From Yuukianura sp. NJ FZ-2021 (lineage: Eukaryota): a stretch of DNA of 64,000 nt. Position numbers and translations under genes: made by a program. Positions 1 through 13,884 of this stretch are shown here, piece after piece (positions within the stretch are counted from its first letter, which is position 1; every line of letters starts with the position of its first letter). The notes under the pieces are model-generated. The model had not been told where the DNA came from and made no database searches. It was given only the letters and a program-made list of their open reading frames with translations. The stretch covers positions 4,092,001 through 4,156,000 of the forward strand of contig CM102284.1 of the NCBI GenBank assembly GCA_046563655.1, written 5' to 3'.

Positions 1-1320
1 TGTTTCGATTCCACAAGAGGAACATCCTGAAATCAACTTCGTTGGGCTCCTCATTGGGCCAAGAGGAAATACACTCAAAGGACTTGAAAAAGACACTGGA
101 GCCAAAATTATAATTCGTGGAAAAGGATCGGTCAAGGAGGGAAAAGTTGGTGGTAAGTTCCAAGGTGATGTTTAGGATCTAACGGAAACGTTTATAGTTT
201 GTCAATTATTGTTTTCAGGCAAAGCTGGACTTCCTTTACCCGGAGAAGATGAGCCGCTACATGCTTATGTCACGAGCAACAACCCGGATTCAGTCAAGAA
301 AGCTTGTGACAAGATCAAGGACATCATCAAGCAAGGAATCGAGATGCCGGAGTCTCAAAATGATTTGCGTAAAAACCAACTTCGAGAATTGGCGCTTCTC
401 AATGGAACGTTGCGTGAAGGCGAAGGTCCGAAGTGTAGCAACTGTGGAGCTACTTCGCATCGAACTTGGAACTGTCCCGATAAGCCCAATGTGACAAACA
501 GTGTCATTTGTACTGTCTGTGGCGGAGCTGGACACATTGCAAAGGATTGCAAGTACGTACTTTCACTATATTCTACTCTACAGATTTTTGAAACAGAATC
601 ATATGGTTGTTTTTTTTTTTTTAGAATGAAACGTCCTGGACAGGGAGGCCCACCTACGATAAATCCGAATGAACGAGCAAAAATTGACGAGGAGTACAAT
701 TCGCTGATGGCGGAGCTAGGAGAAGGAAGTGCTGGAAAAGATGGAGCACAGCCACGCAGCATCAGTAGCGGAGGAGGTACATACCGCCCGTCAACAAACA
801 TATTTCAGCGCCCACAAGCTCCAAGAGCTATCATGTCTGGTGTTCCACCGCCACAGAATAACATGAGTGCGGCTACTTCCGCTTTACAACAAAGTAAGTG
901 CAGGCAGGCACATTTTTATAAATATTTGAATATTAGTTAATCAAATCGTTAACTAAATCGTTGAATCTTACTATGTACTTTATTTTAGGTTGGAGTAATC
1001 ATTCATATCATCTTGCGCAACAGCAACCTCCTCCTCCACCACCTCCCGGAGTGCAATCCGTTATGCCACCTCCACCACCATCGCAAGGTTACATGACGCA
1101 GAGTAAGGAACTGTCAACGAATGTTTTCTTTTTCTAAACTTTTCTGACTCACAGAAATCCACATTATCTTAATTATGCTTTGTTTTCAGGCTGGAATGCA
1201 CAACCGCCACCACCAGGAATGTACTGGCAAACTCCTGCAGACATGTATCAACATCATTGGCAACCACCTCCACCTCCTCCAGGTTCGGACAACAATCCGC
1301 CGCCACCACCACCAGTTTGA
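1..1320 (+). CDS. SF1: Splicing factor 1 / branchpoint-binding protein, 3' part (5' end outside window); exons ~1-152, 219-552, 625-893, 989-1102, 1190-1320
   Basis: KH domain '[40 protein letters not shown]', QUA2 '[19 protein letters not shown]', two CCHC knuckles ([28 protein letters not shown]), Pro-rich tail ending in TGA at 1318-1320; GT-AG introns keep the frame. Confidence 0.95.
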
Positions 1321-2085
1321 GCAGAATGGCGAGACTACACATCTAACCGCTAGTTAAGAAGTTGAGTAACTATAGATGATAGAAGCTAAAAATTTTAGTT
1401 AACAGGGTTTCTGGAATTCGAGTTCACACCAAGCGCCGCCATAAGGTCATTCTACAGACACGGCGCTGTTGTAATTTATTCATTTCTAAAACTAAAAGTA
1501 GATACTACTGAAAATTAGTTTTTAAGAAATGCTTTTATTGTAAAAACTTATTTTGGTTTATTAGTCAAAAATGCTTACATGCGGGCCCTTCGGTGCAATT
1601 CTATCTGCAAGGATGTGTATAAACACTCATCAACTCGTGAAGTGTTTTCAAACGACTTCAAAGAATTGCTTTCAAAGGAAAATGTAGGATTTTTAGAAAG
1701 TTACTGGACTAGCAACCAAATGATGTTACTGCGCCAAACTTTTTGTTAACATTGTGCATAGGGGTCCGCTGCTCTGTAGGCTAAATATTCAATTACTAAT
1801 TGGTTGACTGTTGATTAAAACTTTAGTTACGATGCTAGATTTCATGAAACTATTTTTAGCAGTTATTCATTCAGTAGCTCCAGCAGAAAAATTATGAGTG
1901 ACATGTTTACTACTTGGGCTGAATCCATCCAGCATTCGACGTCTTCCTGCCACTGGAGAATCCTGAGTCGTTGACGCCTGCGCAAACAACAAAGAAGCTT
2001 CTTGAATTCGGAGTTCCTTGGACTCATGTGGCAAGTTGTTTACAACTCTTTTAGAGTTAATTGTTTACTATAAACAATTTAATTG

Positions 2086-5000
2086 CTACTTTTCCGTACT
2101 TGACTTGCGTCTTCTCTGTTGATAGGCCCTGTAGGAGTTAATTGTTTTCCAATTTGGAACTGGGTAATCCCTGGCCATCATTTGGAGAAAGTTTGTCACT
2201 GCCGTTGGAGAAGGCAGGCAAGGACCAATGGCTTCTAACAAAAACGGATCCGCATCCACCGCTGCCTCAAAATCCGGAAAAGTAATTTGGCCATCTCTGT
2301 CCACATCCAATTTCTTCATAGCCATTTCGACAATGTCCTTGATACTCTCATCCACATCTTCGTCAATTGCAACAGAGCGGACCAGACAATTCTTCAAGCA
2401 GTGATAAAGCTCTTCTCGAGCCAGTGAATTGTCAGCGTTGATGTCATAAATGAACCAACAGAAATGGATTCTCTCTTCATGTGATCCTTTGACCATCACT
2501 GACAGTCCGATGACCCACTCCACTTCGTCAATCTATTCAACCAGAACAAAATCAAGTCAAGAAAACCAATCTTGAGTAAAACTATCACGTCTCCTACTGA
2601 AATCAACTTCGGAAATGATGCTGACGCTGACGAAGTTCTAGGAAAGCTAATTAAGCCTCTTTCCAGAAACCTAAGCTCCAGCAGGAGTGAAGCTGCGAAG
2701 ACTTTGTGATCCCGGGTAATCATCATGAAGATCTTGACACTCCCGGAACTTTTACGGATTGGATTTCAAATTATCTACTTCTTTTCATCAAATTGTGTTC
2801 CGAGTCTGTTTGAATGAAAGCATTAAAAGTGATTGAAAGGAATCCAGAGGCCCCTCGAAGCTATACCTGCATCGACGTTGATGAAGAAATTTAAGCCTTC
2901 GAGAAATCAGCTTCTTTAGTTTCAGCGATTTTCTAAAAAATCTGAAGCACGCGCCAAGATTGATGTGTGAAGGAAAAGACGCTGCGAGGGAATGATTTGT
3001 TACAAAAAATCTTTGGAAGACGAAGAGTAATCCTTGAGTCAGCAGCAGCAGCAGTGTCAAGAAGGCATGATGAAAAACATTTAATATGTTCAGTAGCAAT
3101 ATCCTTGTGCTGGATCATAATTACATCGAGCACAGCGTCTTACGCTGCAGCAGCGCTTCAATCCCTGCAGAATAAGAAGATGAAAGTCTCTTTGTTCCTC
3201 ATCATAAAAGATGCTCGTGAGAAAGTAGCGTCAGGTGTAATAGAAAAGGATGATAAAAAGCCTTGGTTTTTAGTGTCTACAGAACGACGCTGCTTCCAGC
3301 GCTAAGTTGTCCAGGACTCGTAAGACGCTGGAAGCGTAACAGTGTGTTACACTTTTTCTTTTCTGAGGAACATGAGTTATGAAAGCGGGTTGTTTGCAGA
3401 ACGTATGGATTTGCCTTGGGCATGTGATTTCCCCTGAGAGTCCTTGTGACAGTTGTCATCATCTCCCTCTCTAGAGTGAGAGAAAACATGGACAGTTCTG
3501 CTTAAGGGAGAAAGTTTTGTATGAATTTAGAAAAACTGGTGATTTGTTAGGTTAACTTTATGTTAGGTGTTAAAATATGAAAAAATGATAAACCGGACAT
3601 GTAGAAAAAGCGTTCGAATGTGTAAACAGAACCGTGTGGTTGGAGTTTAAGTGTAGGGGAGTGTTTGGATTAAAGCCTTATGATGCGAAAGTGAAAGCGG
3701 AGAAAGTAAACAAAGTCGTTTTTCCTGGACAGCCTAGGGTATCCCCCTTACTGCGGTGTGGGATAGATGAGCTAACGTCGTGGTCCTGAGAGGTCGCTTT
3801 GTCATCTGTCACCTTATCAAACCCCCTTTGTCTTCAATTACTAATGGTTTCAACCATTTTTTAGTGTAGTACTTCCGTCGTTGTCCGGTAGCTCGTTATA
3901 AGTTAGTTTATGCTAGGTTAGGGTAACTTATAAATTAGGGTGCAACTTTCACGTTAGTTAAGGTTTGGACACGATTAGGGTTACGTTTCAAGTCAACTAC
4001 TATGATAATGAGCAATACTTCCTGGAAGGAAGCACGAAATTTTGTTCCAGTAATTTGTCATTTCTAAATTTTGGAGACACGGAACGAGATCATAGGAGAG
4101 AAAACAGTGAAAGTCGAGCCGGGTAGGTTTACGGATGCTTAATTTTTGATATGTGAAATTTGCAAAGGACATGTCCGGATAAGAGATTTCTGGGCCCTCG
4201 CGAAGCCTTGCATTGCGTGAGATAGGAGTTGAGATGAGAGAAATGAATGGGAGTAAATCACCATGTAACTTCTCCTATCCCACACCATGCAAAACTCCCA
4301 TTGGGCCCAGCTCCCATCTCTTTCTTAAGCTTATCCGGACATGTCCTTTCGCATGTTTAGGACATGATAAATTATTGACTTTTGTTAAGGGTTGGGTAAA
4401 TAGGACACAACATTGCTTCTTCTTGATAAAAACATGTTCAAAGTACTGAGTATTTCATTGTTCAGTTTTTCCCACGGTGTTTTTCGTTTGTAGAAAAGGC
4501 TTTCACTTTGTGAAGCCGTCGTCATTTGCAAAATTAGAGAAAAGAAAAATGGAGCTGGGGAAGGGGAGAAACTTTTTTTTTCTGAAAATGGTAATTTAGT
4601 ACTAAGTTTCAGTTGAGGAGTATTTAACGCTAAAAGTTCAATATCGTGAAAAGCAATTATCTGTAACATGATTAATGATCTTCCGCCTCCAACATGAACC
4701 TGGTCTTAACAAGTCTAAACTTCGTCATGAAATTGAGATTCTGTGTAGCTTTCTTCTTTTCCTTCACTGAAATTAAAGTTGGCAAGTCTTTTTTCCAAAC
4801 AAATTAGTTCGCAGCGCTGAAGTTAGAAGAAGCGAAATTAAAATCTTGCTTTCTTTTTCTTAAGAAACTATGAAATTAAAAAAAAAATCAGAAGAAATTG
4901 AAACTGGGCTTACGAGGGAGTCATTGTTGGTGTCAAATGCCCGGAAAATTCTGTCCAGCATCACGTCGTCGGTGAGGTCAAGGGTCGTATGAATGACTTC

Positions 5001-5424
5001 TCTGAAGCGGAGTCTGTCCATCTTGCCAGCCCCTGTCCCTTGGGACACGAGGCTTTGATGCATGAGGAACAGGGACAGAATCTGGACAAGAGAAAGCAAG
5101 CTTAGTTTATGTTAGGTTATGTTAGGTTTACGTTACTTTAGACTTTTGATCTCTCCTGGGTAAATACTACTTGTACTACAACTGAAAAACTAACGGAACT
5201 CCTTCAGCTCCATTGCCCGAATAAATAAACAGGGTACACCTAATGACTTAAACTGCCAAGTGACCTCTGACCTCGAGGGAGCTGAAGTGAGTCTTCTTTG
5301 AAAGCATTTCGGCTTTTCCCAGTTGTTCTTTCAGGAAAGCATGTCTTTGTTGCTGCTCTGATGGGCTGGAACAAAGTTGTCCAAATCGACGCTTGTACAA
5401 TGCTGAACTACTACTACTATACAT
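2086..5424 (-). CDS. EFCAB1: EF-hand calcium-binding protein, calaxin/EFCAB1-like; exons 5424-5272, 5081-4914, 2532-2086 (possible alternative last exon ~2045-1867)
   Basis: Spliced product 'MLSKETHFSSLE|ILSLFLMH...MDRLRFREVIHTTLDLTDDVMLDRIFRAFDTNNDSL|IDEVEWVIGLSVMVKGSHEERIHFCWFIYDINADNSLAREELYHCLKNCL...KKLDVDRDGQITFPDF...LLEAIGPCLP' has three EF loops and the calaxin-type C-terminal motif; phase-0 introns. Confidence 0.8.
4167..4346. mobile_element. 180-bp MITE, Spy-like (copy 1), in calaxin intron
   Basis: TIR GGACATGTCCGGATAAG...CTTATCCGGACATGTCC, flanked by AAA on the left and TTT on the right with no direct TSD; same sequence as 15427-15606. Confidence 0.85.
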
Positions 5425-7601
5425 GTCGTTTTCGAAAAAACTGAAACTGATGAATTTTTAAAAATTCATTTTCAAAAAAATTTGAGCGAGCAGACTGTTT
5501 CCCAAAGGGCTTAGTGAGTCATGCTGCTGCGTTCAAGAATTTCAGGATTTCTGATTAAGGCGTTTGATCAATAAATGCCGACATGTTTTAGCTAAGTGTT
5601 TACTTTCTCCGTAAAAAGTATTATGTTTTCTGAAAATCTTTCGCAGGTTAATAGCAATTTTTGAGATGTTTTGGAAAAATTTCAAAAAAAAAATCAGAAT
5701 TTTGAAAATGGGATCCGAAACAGTGATTTTGGCTCTTACCCGACAACGACTCTCCGGAGGACACTTTGGAGGTAAACGGTTCTAAATGATTACGACATAA
5801 ACGATGTACCAGGAATTCTGTGACGCTGAAACGATAAAGCCAAAACTGTTATGATTATGACCCAGAAGGTCATTGGCAGCATCGGCAGTACTTTTAGTCA
5901 ACCATACATTACTAACGGTTATTCCAGAAGACAGAAACGCTGATTTCATTCTCCATTTCACCCAAAATGAGTCCCCCATGCCACCAAGGAGGTCAGAAGC
6001 GTCGGAATGCTGCCAGTATTCGTATTTCTTCCCTTAACTACGCCGGAAACCCATTTCCAAGATACAGGAAACGGCTTCCCGGATGCTACACTTTGGTACA
6101 AAGAATACACAAAAAGGATTTTGAAGTAACTCCAGAATACTTTCTAAGCGAATGAATGAGTTTCCGGCGAAGCTTTTTACGCAAGTCGTTCATTTTTACT
6201 TGCTTTCTCCCAGTTTTTGGCTCTCTGCATGTCCTCCGTCAGTTTCACTCCGGAGAAGATCATTTTCAGCATTTTTTTTTGGGTTTAAACGATTTCACTT
6301 TTCCACAGAAGCCCAACTAAGTGAGATATGCTCATTTTTTCTGAAAAAGTTAACCCGCCTTTTCCCAGTTACTTTTCCATCCGGAATCACTCATGCGAGT
6401 CTCCAAAAGTGGAAATGGAGTTGTGCCAAAAAGAAAACAAGCAATCCCGCGGAATGCCAAAAATGCGGAAAACATGGTTACCATATTCCAGCCTATGCTA
6501 TGTCCAACTATTCTATCACGTTATCTTGCCCTCTGCTGTGACTCTTATGGCCTCCGCGGTGAAAGGCGTCACTTTCACTTTTTCCATTCAACCGCATTCT
6601 CCTTTAGTGCTAACAGCTTTCATTGTGGATCGTTCGAATTTGGTAGATAAAAGACAAGCTGTCTAAGGTTAGTAAAAAAAAAAAAGGACGAAAACGAGAA
6701 ATATTGTTTTTTTTGGTTTTGCGCTTTACTTTTGACGACAAAATGTTTCAAAAATGGTATCGAAAAATGGTTTTATTTTTACATTCTGTGAAACATGGAG
6801 CTTAAAATTATCGGAAAAATTGAAATTCAAGTATATTTTATTATTTTTTCAATTTGAACTTAAATTGAAACTTACATAAAAAATTCTTTGTGCTGCGGCT
6901 TCTACTATAAATCATGAAGAAGAGGAACAGATGCTGGATGTCAAGACCTTAAGTTAATACTAAGACTATGGGGAGAGAAAAATGGCCTAAAATTGATAGA
7001 CTTCAGAAAAAATTTATAGTGGGAGGAGAAAATTTGGTCTGAGAAGTTTGAACTTTTAGGAGAAGGTTGAAAACTTTGATGAGAGAAAGTCGAAAACTAG
7101 TGAAAGTTTGTAGGGTTGTTAGATTGAAAAGACAAGAGATTCTGGGAAGAAAAATATTTTTGAAAATTGTTTCATTTTTGTCATTTTGACATTTTTTATC
7201 ATTAGTAATTGTTGTGACTTATCTAATTTGTTTGGTCTTAACTTACTTTAGAGTGAAAAACTATGTTTGTTTTTCTAGAAATTTTGAAACCTGAAATTCT
7301 ACTTTTCTAAAAATACATCTTGTTTTGAGAAACTGTCTAAAAAGAAGATTTCCAGGTCCTAGATTTTGAAAAGTGATTCAAGATCCTCATAGTTTCATAG
7401 TTAGTTTTGACTATGATGGATGTTAAAAAGTGTTTGTGTTTTTGCTGTGTTAGTCCATTGTGCTTTCAAAGTATCTTTAAAATTTTTCTTACTTTATGAA
7501 AACCTTCATAGTTAATATGCGTATGAAGAGTTTTACTTGTGCGAAAGTAGTGAAAGCAAACCGCGTTTTGGTTCTTTAGACACCAATTTTTAGAATTATT
7601 T

Positions 7602-10600
7602 TTACACTTGAGTGATGGAATTCTTTGAGTTTCGACACGAAGTCTCAACAAATTCTTCTGCGAGGATTAAATTGGACAGGTCAATAGCAGATTTGGTTTT
7701 CCTGGAAGAGTTTTTGACATAGCCATTGAGCGGCATCGCTGGAGAAAACACAGAATTTTGACGGTTCCGTTGAATGACGGCCGCTGTGGACATTGAAGAT
7801 GAGAAGTTGGAGGGGCGACGATATGGTGAAACTGTTGGTCCTCCAGTGGAGGTTGATGGATATGTCACTGTGGTGGTGGTCACTGATCCTCCGGATGGCC
7901 CACCACCGTAGCCGCCTGACCCACCTCCGGCCGGTGGGTAGTAGTTGTACGTACATTTGGCAAAATGTGGAGAAGTTTCACTCGATATATTGAATTTAGA
8001 CATAGTTCGCTAGAGAAAAAAATTACAAAAGAGGATCAATTATGTTCGGTTGATGTCCGAGATTGAAAATAAAGTATGGCTATGCTTCGGTGACAATTTG
8101 GTCAACAACGAAAAGTTCAAAGAAAAATCCGGCCAACATCCAAAATATTTAACTTCCTAATTCCTTGTCTTATTTGATGCTTTGAAGTTCCAGAATGGTT
8201 TTTACCCAATAAAATTTGAGCAAATTGTGTTGGACAAGTTGCAGACAAACAGGAATTATTATTGAACGCTGGAAAATAAACGAGCCGGTGTTCTCTTTGA
8301 AATTGTCTATTGTCTGTTTCGTCAAAAAAAAACTTGATTGAAAAGTATTGCGAAACCGTAGAAGCTAAAAGCTGGGAACTGCTGCAGTTGTCATTTTAAT
8401 TTTGGGTTACATGTCGCTTTTCCGACAGGTTGAAAAGCAACATATTCTTCCTCTGTGTCCCATTAACCACTTTGGACAGCCACAAATGAAGTCAATAATC
8501 ATGGAAATTCCAACACAGGAGATGTCACAAGGAAAGCGGGAAACAAAAGCAAGAAAAAGCTTTCATTCCCACTTCTGTGGTCTCACAGTGCTTTCTCTTG
8601 AAAAAAGTCAACTCTACCCCCTTAAACGGTTCCCGCACAATTCTGAACGGGTACTTTGTCGTTAAGACAAACAGAACCAAATTTAGCAATGCTTATTCGT
8701 ATTCCGTCTTTGGACGTATCGTCCATCCAAGGGCGGTACATATGTTAACGTAGAGGTACCGGTTCATACGTTACCGTTCAGAAGTGTCACGGTACGTCCC
8801 TTGAGCTATCATGGCAGCCGCACTTAAAGCCCATACTGACTTAGAACCATCTGCTCTCTGTCAACTTCGTAATGCCCCCGCTATTTTCTTTTTTTTATGA
8901 AATCGTTTCAAAACAAATAAAACCCGAAAATAATAAAAATCTTGGTCATAAAAAGCGCCAAAAAAATGTTTAACTTTTGTTTTCGACCGAGGACGAGGTT
9001 AAGGTTAGGTCTGACACTAAAACGATCTTTCATTCCTTTTCGCCAATGACACTTTCACCCACCCAGTCCAATGAACCAAGAAACCCCAAGGGAACGGCGG
9101 ATGAAAGTGGCTGCCATTCGGCTCAGCCGTTTTTACTTTCACCCAAGCCGAATGTCAACCACTTATCTCCTGCTTTGTCCTTCTATCCCTCTAACTTTTG
9201 AAATGAAACTGAGAAGATCACTTTTCCTTCCTGTCTCGGAAAATTTTGAAATTCCGCCCCTTCTGGACTTCCTCATACAACTCAACTTCAGATTTTGAAA
9301 TCTTCACGTTTCAAATTTTGAAGAAAGTTGCAAATCCTTCTTACTTTAGGAGAAGAAAGGGAAGAACTGGAAACAGATTTGGGGATTTCGTAGCAAAAAC
9401 TTTTTAAAAGTTCTCAACTTGTCTCTTGTTTTTCAAAATCTTTGAGTTTTTGGCTTTCACATCAGAAGGCCTTTACTCTTCGGACGGGTGTATAATAAAT
9501 CTGGGGATTTGGACTTTCTCTTTCTGTTTGAGCATCATTAAGTTCTCAAATGAAAATTCGCCTGGGCTAAAAGGTACGAGAGCCAAAAGTTTGTTCCAAA
9601 TGCAAAGGAAATGAAAGGAGGCAGCAGAAAATTAATTTCGGAGAAAAGTTCTTCTATCCAGGTTAGCAGTGTTGGTGGATATCCACTTTTTCGACATTTC
9701 ATCCACGGCTGGATATCCAGTGGAAGAAATTTACGAAATGGATGAATCCAAAGGGGCGGAGCTTTGCCCTCTGAATTTGAATTAATTCACTACAAAAAAC
9801 TAAACAACATGGAAACACAGTCCAATAACTATGTATATATTGTTTTTAAATACGTTTTAAATAATATATTAATTATAATGTCGAAAGTAAAGCTTTCCGA
9901 TTACATTTCGTAAATTTAAATTTGAATTGATTTGAATTTCGCGCAAAATTTGTGATTTCTTCCATCCACTTTTAGTTTCGTCCATTTGGGGTGCGTTTCT
10001 TCCAGTGGATATCCACTGGAAGTGGCAATTAAGCCACTGGCCGTTTAAGCGTCCACCAACACTGCAGGTTAGAGGTTAGGAAGTAAAGAAAAAATTACTA
10101 AACAAAAGTCAACTCTACCGAAATGTTTTCACTTTCACTACTTTCTCTCAATCTTCTACCGTCCATCCTACATTTTTTTTTCAAAAATCGCAGTGTTTAC
10201 GGTACATTGGAGACTAAAACATAAAAAACGCGTTTTCTTTATCCGCATTGCATAGATGATTGTGAAGTGATGCTATTTTTGCATTTTCAAATTTTTGAAT
10301 TCGGAAGAAGTTTTCGTGCTTTTCAATCACATTTAACTTTCTGATTAAGTGGAAAGTATAGGTAAAAACTCGGACATTTTCGAAAATTAAGTCAGATATT
10401 TTTGAGTTGTGAACTTACTGGAAAGTGCGTAATTGGAGGAACATCAGCGATTGCGCAAGAGGGACGATGCGATTCGCAGAATTTGGGTTGATATGGTTCC
10501 AGCATCCGGATTTTCCCCCAGCGATTAAAGAAAAGTGCAATTGCTCCCACCCAAAGTAGCAGAACGACAATCACAATTCCAATTTCTTCTCCACGCACAA

Positions 10601-11074
10601 CCACTGTTGGTGGTGGTGGCTCCGTGGAACTGTGGTGGTGATCGATGTCCTCTCTTGGAGATTGTGGTGGCTCAACACGTATATTGTGAAAGTCGCTTGG
10701 TCCGTATTGGTCATCTAGTAGAATTCCGTCGTCATAGTAGGCCGGTGAGCCCTCTGGCCTCGGTGGCTCCACTGCCGGGGGGTACGGTAACCTCGGGCGG
10801 GGGTAGTTCCAAGAACCGTCTGAAAATGTCAATACAAAAATGATTGAAAGTTTTAGAATATTAAAATAGTATTGAAATTCTGAACAAGTTTCAAAATACG
10901 ATTAAACAGAAAACGTGTCCAAAATTCCGAACATCAAAATCATAAACCAAAGTAAGTGCAGAAGTCAGGTCAAAAGCGTTTAGGTGAATTTCATGTTTTT
11001 GGAGGTAAGGTCAAGGTCGTGCTATACAGTGAGCGTTTACCTGATGATTTCTGTTTGATGGAAGCTGGTGGCAT
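7602..11074 (-). CDS. Single-pass membrane protein with FNDC4/FNDC5-like TM/juxtamembrane segment; exons 11074-11041, 10819-10419, 8009-7602
   Basis: 'GEEIGIVIVVLLLWVGAIALFFNRWGKIRMLEPYQPK' resembles the FNDC5 TM region as I recall it (GEVLIIVVVLFMWAGVIALF...); splice phases 1 and 0 join the exons in frame; the first exon is least certain. Confidence 0.7.
9667..10064. mobile_element. hAT-type MITE (~400 bp)
   Basis: 13-bp TIR CAGTGTTGGTGGA / TCCACCAACACTG; 8-bp TSD CAGGTTAG at 9659-9666 and 10065-10072; internal TGGATATCCA subterminal palindromes. Confidence 0.85.
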
Positions 11075-13336
11075 TTTCTTGTCAGTTTTCACATATGTTT
11101 TCAACAAAATATTCAATTTCCTGAATAAGTTTGATCTGTGAGGAAACAATTGAATTTGGATGGAGCTTGAGGCATGACGTTAGACAGTAGACGCTTCAGG
11201 CTATCGACGCTCAGTTTCCGTCTTCTTTTCTATTTCAAAACGGAAATGAAATAGTAGAATAGAAAGTTGGATTTCGAACATGTTACTAAAAAATCTAGTT
11301 TTTTTTTATTCAAAATTTCACCACAGTTTTCCACTTGCCTGGATCCGCAATGGCCATGTCACCCTAGGTTTAGCAGCTCTTCCCAAATAGTGTCCAACAA
11401 CAGAAAGGTTGGTCACAATTATATTCAATTTTGTTTCAAAATGTTTCTTCTTTTGTCAAAATTTCTAAATTCCAACAGAAGCCTTCTGCAATCGGCCTCT
11501 CTTAACCTACCATCTAATGATTTTCTTGTTTTTAATAATAGGGTTGAGACTCTTCAATCTTCTTCAAATGAAATTTATTTTCCAAGACAGTTGACTTGCC
11601 TCTTGAGTTGATTAAACTGAAATGTCCCCAGAAACTGTCATTTCCAATTGGAAATCAAACACCATTTATTGATTAACGGAAACTCCGAAAAAGTAGACTG
11701 GGTAAACAGACCCATTATGGAGGCTTCTTTCTCTAGTTAATTTCTGCCATTAAGCTTTTCCTTTTGTCCCCTCCGATCCATTATCCACAATCGAATTCAT
11801 AATCGCTTGAGAAAGTACCTTATGCGCTGCGGCTTCACTTCAAAACTTTCGTAATTTATGAACAGAATGCTCTTAATGTATTGGACTTTCACCAGAGTTA
11901 ATATGCAACAATAATCTCTTAATCTGTCACCTCTTGAACAAAACACTTTCAAAAAGTCAATTTAATTGATGAGAATTTTCGAAATCACGTGGTTTGGATA
12001 ATGCAGAATCTATCGTTTACTGGAATTCTGACGCTTTTAGAAGAGATGAGTGACTTGTGGAGTGGACAAAACGCTGAAAGCGACTGAAACGTACTTTCTC
12101 CCTGTTCGCACTTTTTGGGAGAAAGCAATGGTGTTACCCGGGTTTTCTGTTTTGTTCGGATCCTTTGGGACACTTGCATGTGAAAAAATGGGAATAGTGT
12201 TGGAAGAGGGTGCAATTGAATTGAAATTAGACGTTACAAAGAGAAGACTTGGACTAATTTCCTGTTATTACTTTAGCTTTGCTGTAAGCGCTGAAAGTGA
12301 AAGTGTTTTCTTTCACCTTCCAAAACACTTTGGCTCTGGAGCTCATCTGTCTTTCAGACGTACCAATTAAAATAACATTACGAATAAACTACATATTAAC
12401 AAAACATCGCTTGCGTAATTACATTTCTCAAAAGAAAAGTTTGGAAATGAAAAAAAAAGCATTGCTGTAATTTCAATTTGATTCGGAGAAAGCATCAATT
12501 CTAACTCCAAATTCTAGAAAAAAACAAAACCGATGTGAAATCATTTCTTTTGGGAAACACTAGAAAATGGCCTGTAGAACGCCCTTGATTTTAAAAATGT
12601 CATGCAATTAAAACAAGACCGAACTGCGGTTGCGGTAGTCCAGAAAATTTGGTAGCAACTTATTAAAAGAAAGTTCTTGCAAATAAAACTGATGCTTATT
12701 GAGATCTTGGTATCCTCCTTATGTTCTCCGTGCTTATGTTAACATTTTGTACTTAACAAAGTTCTTCGGTCATGTAATTTTTTAACACATTTTAAATTGC
12801 AGAAAAAAAACAGGGAAGTCCACTCCACAGTCCATACACGCATTAAATACCATGCCTGACCTTGAGATTGAATTTCGTGGTGTGACTCCCATTTTTCTAT
12901 GATGTGATGAGTGTAGCAGTCAGTACACCTTGAAATTCCGGTTCATCTGCTATTACTTTTTTTAACTGAAATTTCTTGGAAGAAAAACTGGATTTGTAAT
13001 GGTCAACTGTTGCAAAAAATTATCAAACTCTGCTGCATGTTTACGGGATGGGTGAAGGAAATGGAGATTTTGCATGTGAGGATGAAACAGTGGAAGATGC
13101 TGTTCTTCCAAGTTCGATTTTCACAGCAAATTAAAACATTGTGAAAGCATTGTTGATTGACGTTACCGGAATTAACATTTTAGTTGCGTTGTTGTGCAAA
13201 GTACGGCATCAAATACGGAATATGTCAGAGGTCAAGTAGTAGCTTTCACACGTTGCGTAATTCTTAGTGAGGGGAAAATTTTGGAGCGTCGAATTGCTGT
13301 GGACTCTGTGCTGAATGGATGGAGGCGGAGATTCCT

Positions 13337-13884
13337 ATGCTCAAAATGGGAAGTTCAGGTAGGGTTAAACAATTTTTCGAAATAAAAAAGAAATTCTCAA
13401 ACATGTAAGTTAAATATTCAAACATGGAAAACAAAATCCAGTGAGTTTCACAATGCTGTTAATTTCCAGAAAAGAAACCGACAATTTTGGCGACGGCGCA
13501 AGAGGAAGACGACGACGGCTTAGAATTGGCGAAACCCGTTACCAGACTTCCAATTCAACGAAGATTTAACGCAACACGGATTGGATTGATCTTAGCAGTT
13601 GTGGCGGTAGTACTACTTGTTATGATTGCAGTTCTGACCATAGGATTTTTCATCTTAACAAAATATGTTACATACCCGGACATTTATCTCGTGGGAAATA
13701 TTACTGGAAATTTGACAGCAAACATGGGGACTCTGGGTCACGTTCACTTAAAACCTGACATTCAAGTTAGTCTTAAACTAAAACTATAAAGAACAACAAG
13801 AAATGCAATAAATTAATTAATATTTTTAACTTTAACTAATTAGTTTTCACTTATTCCCTTTATTTATAGCTACATAATCAGTAG
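13337..13884 (+). CDS. Small single-pass membrane protein, unknown family (~110 aa); exons ~13337-13358, 13470-13765, 13870-13884
   Basis: Hydrophobic stretch 'IGLILAVVAVVLLVMIAVLTIGFFIL' after a basic 'RRFNATR'; N-x-T sites (NIT, NLT) downstream; plausible GT-AG junctions in matching phase. Confidence 0.5.

Noticed and set aside
2540-3500. Cluster of 66-112-aa ORFs inside the calaxin intron
   Set aside because: No recognisable domain or consistent splice structure; a nested transcript cannot be excluded without RNA data.
4213-4449. ORF 'MREIGVEMREMNGSK...' repeated at 15473
   Set aside because: Chance frame inside the 180-bp MITE; the sequences diverge at the element boundary.
8727-8805. 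Short imperfect inverted repeat CAAGGGCGGTAC...GTACGTCCCTTG
   Set aside because: Too short and mismatched, single copy in the window.
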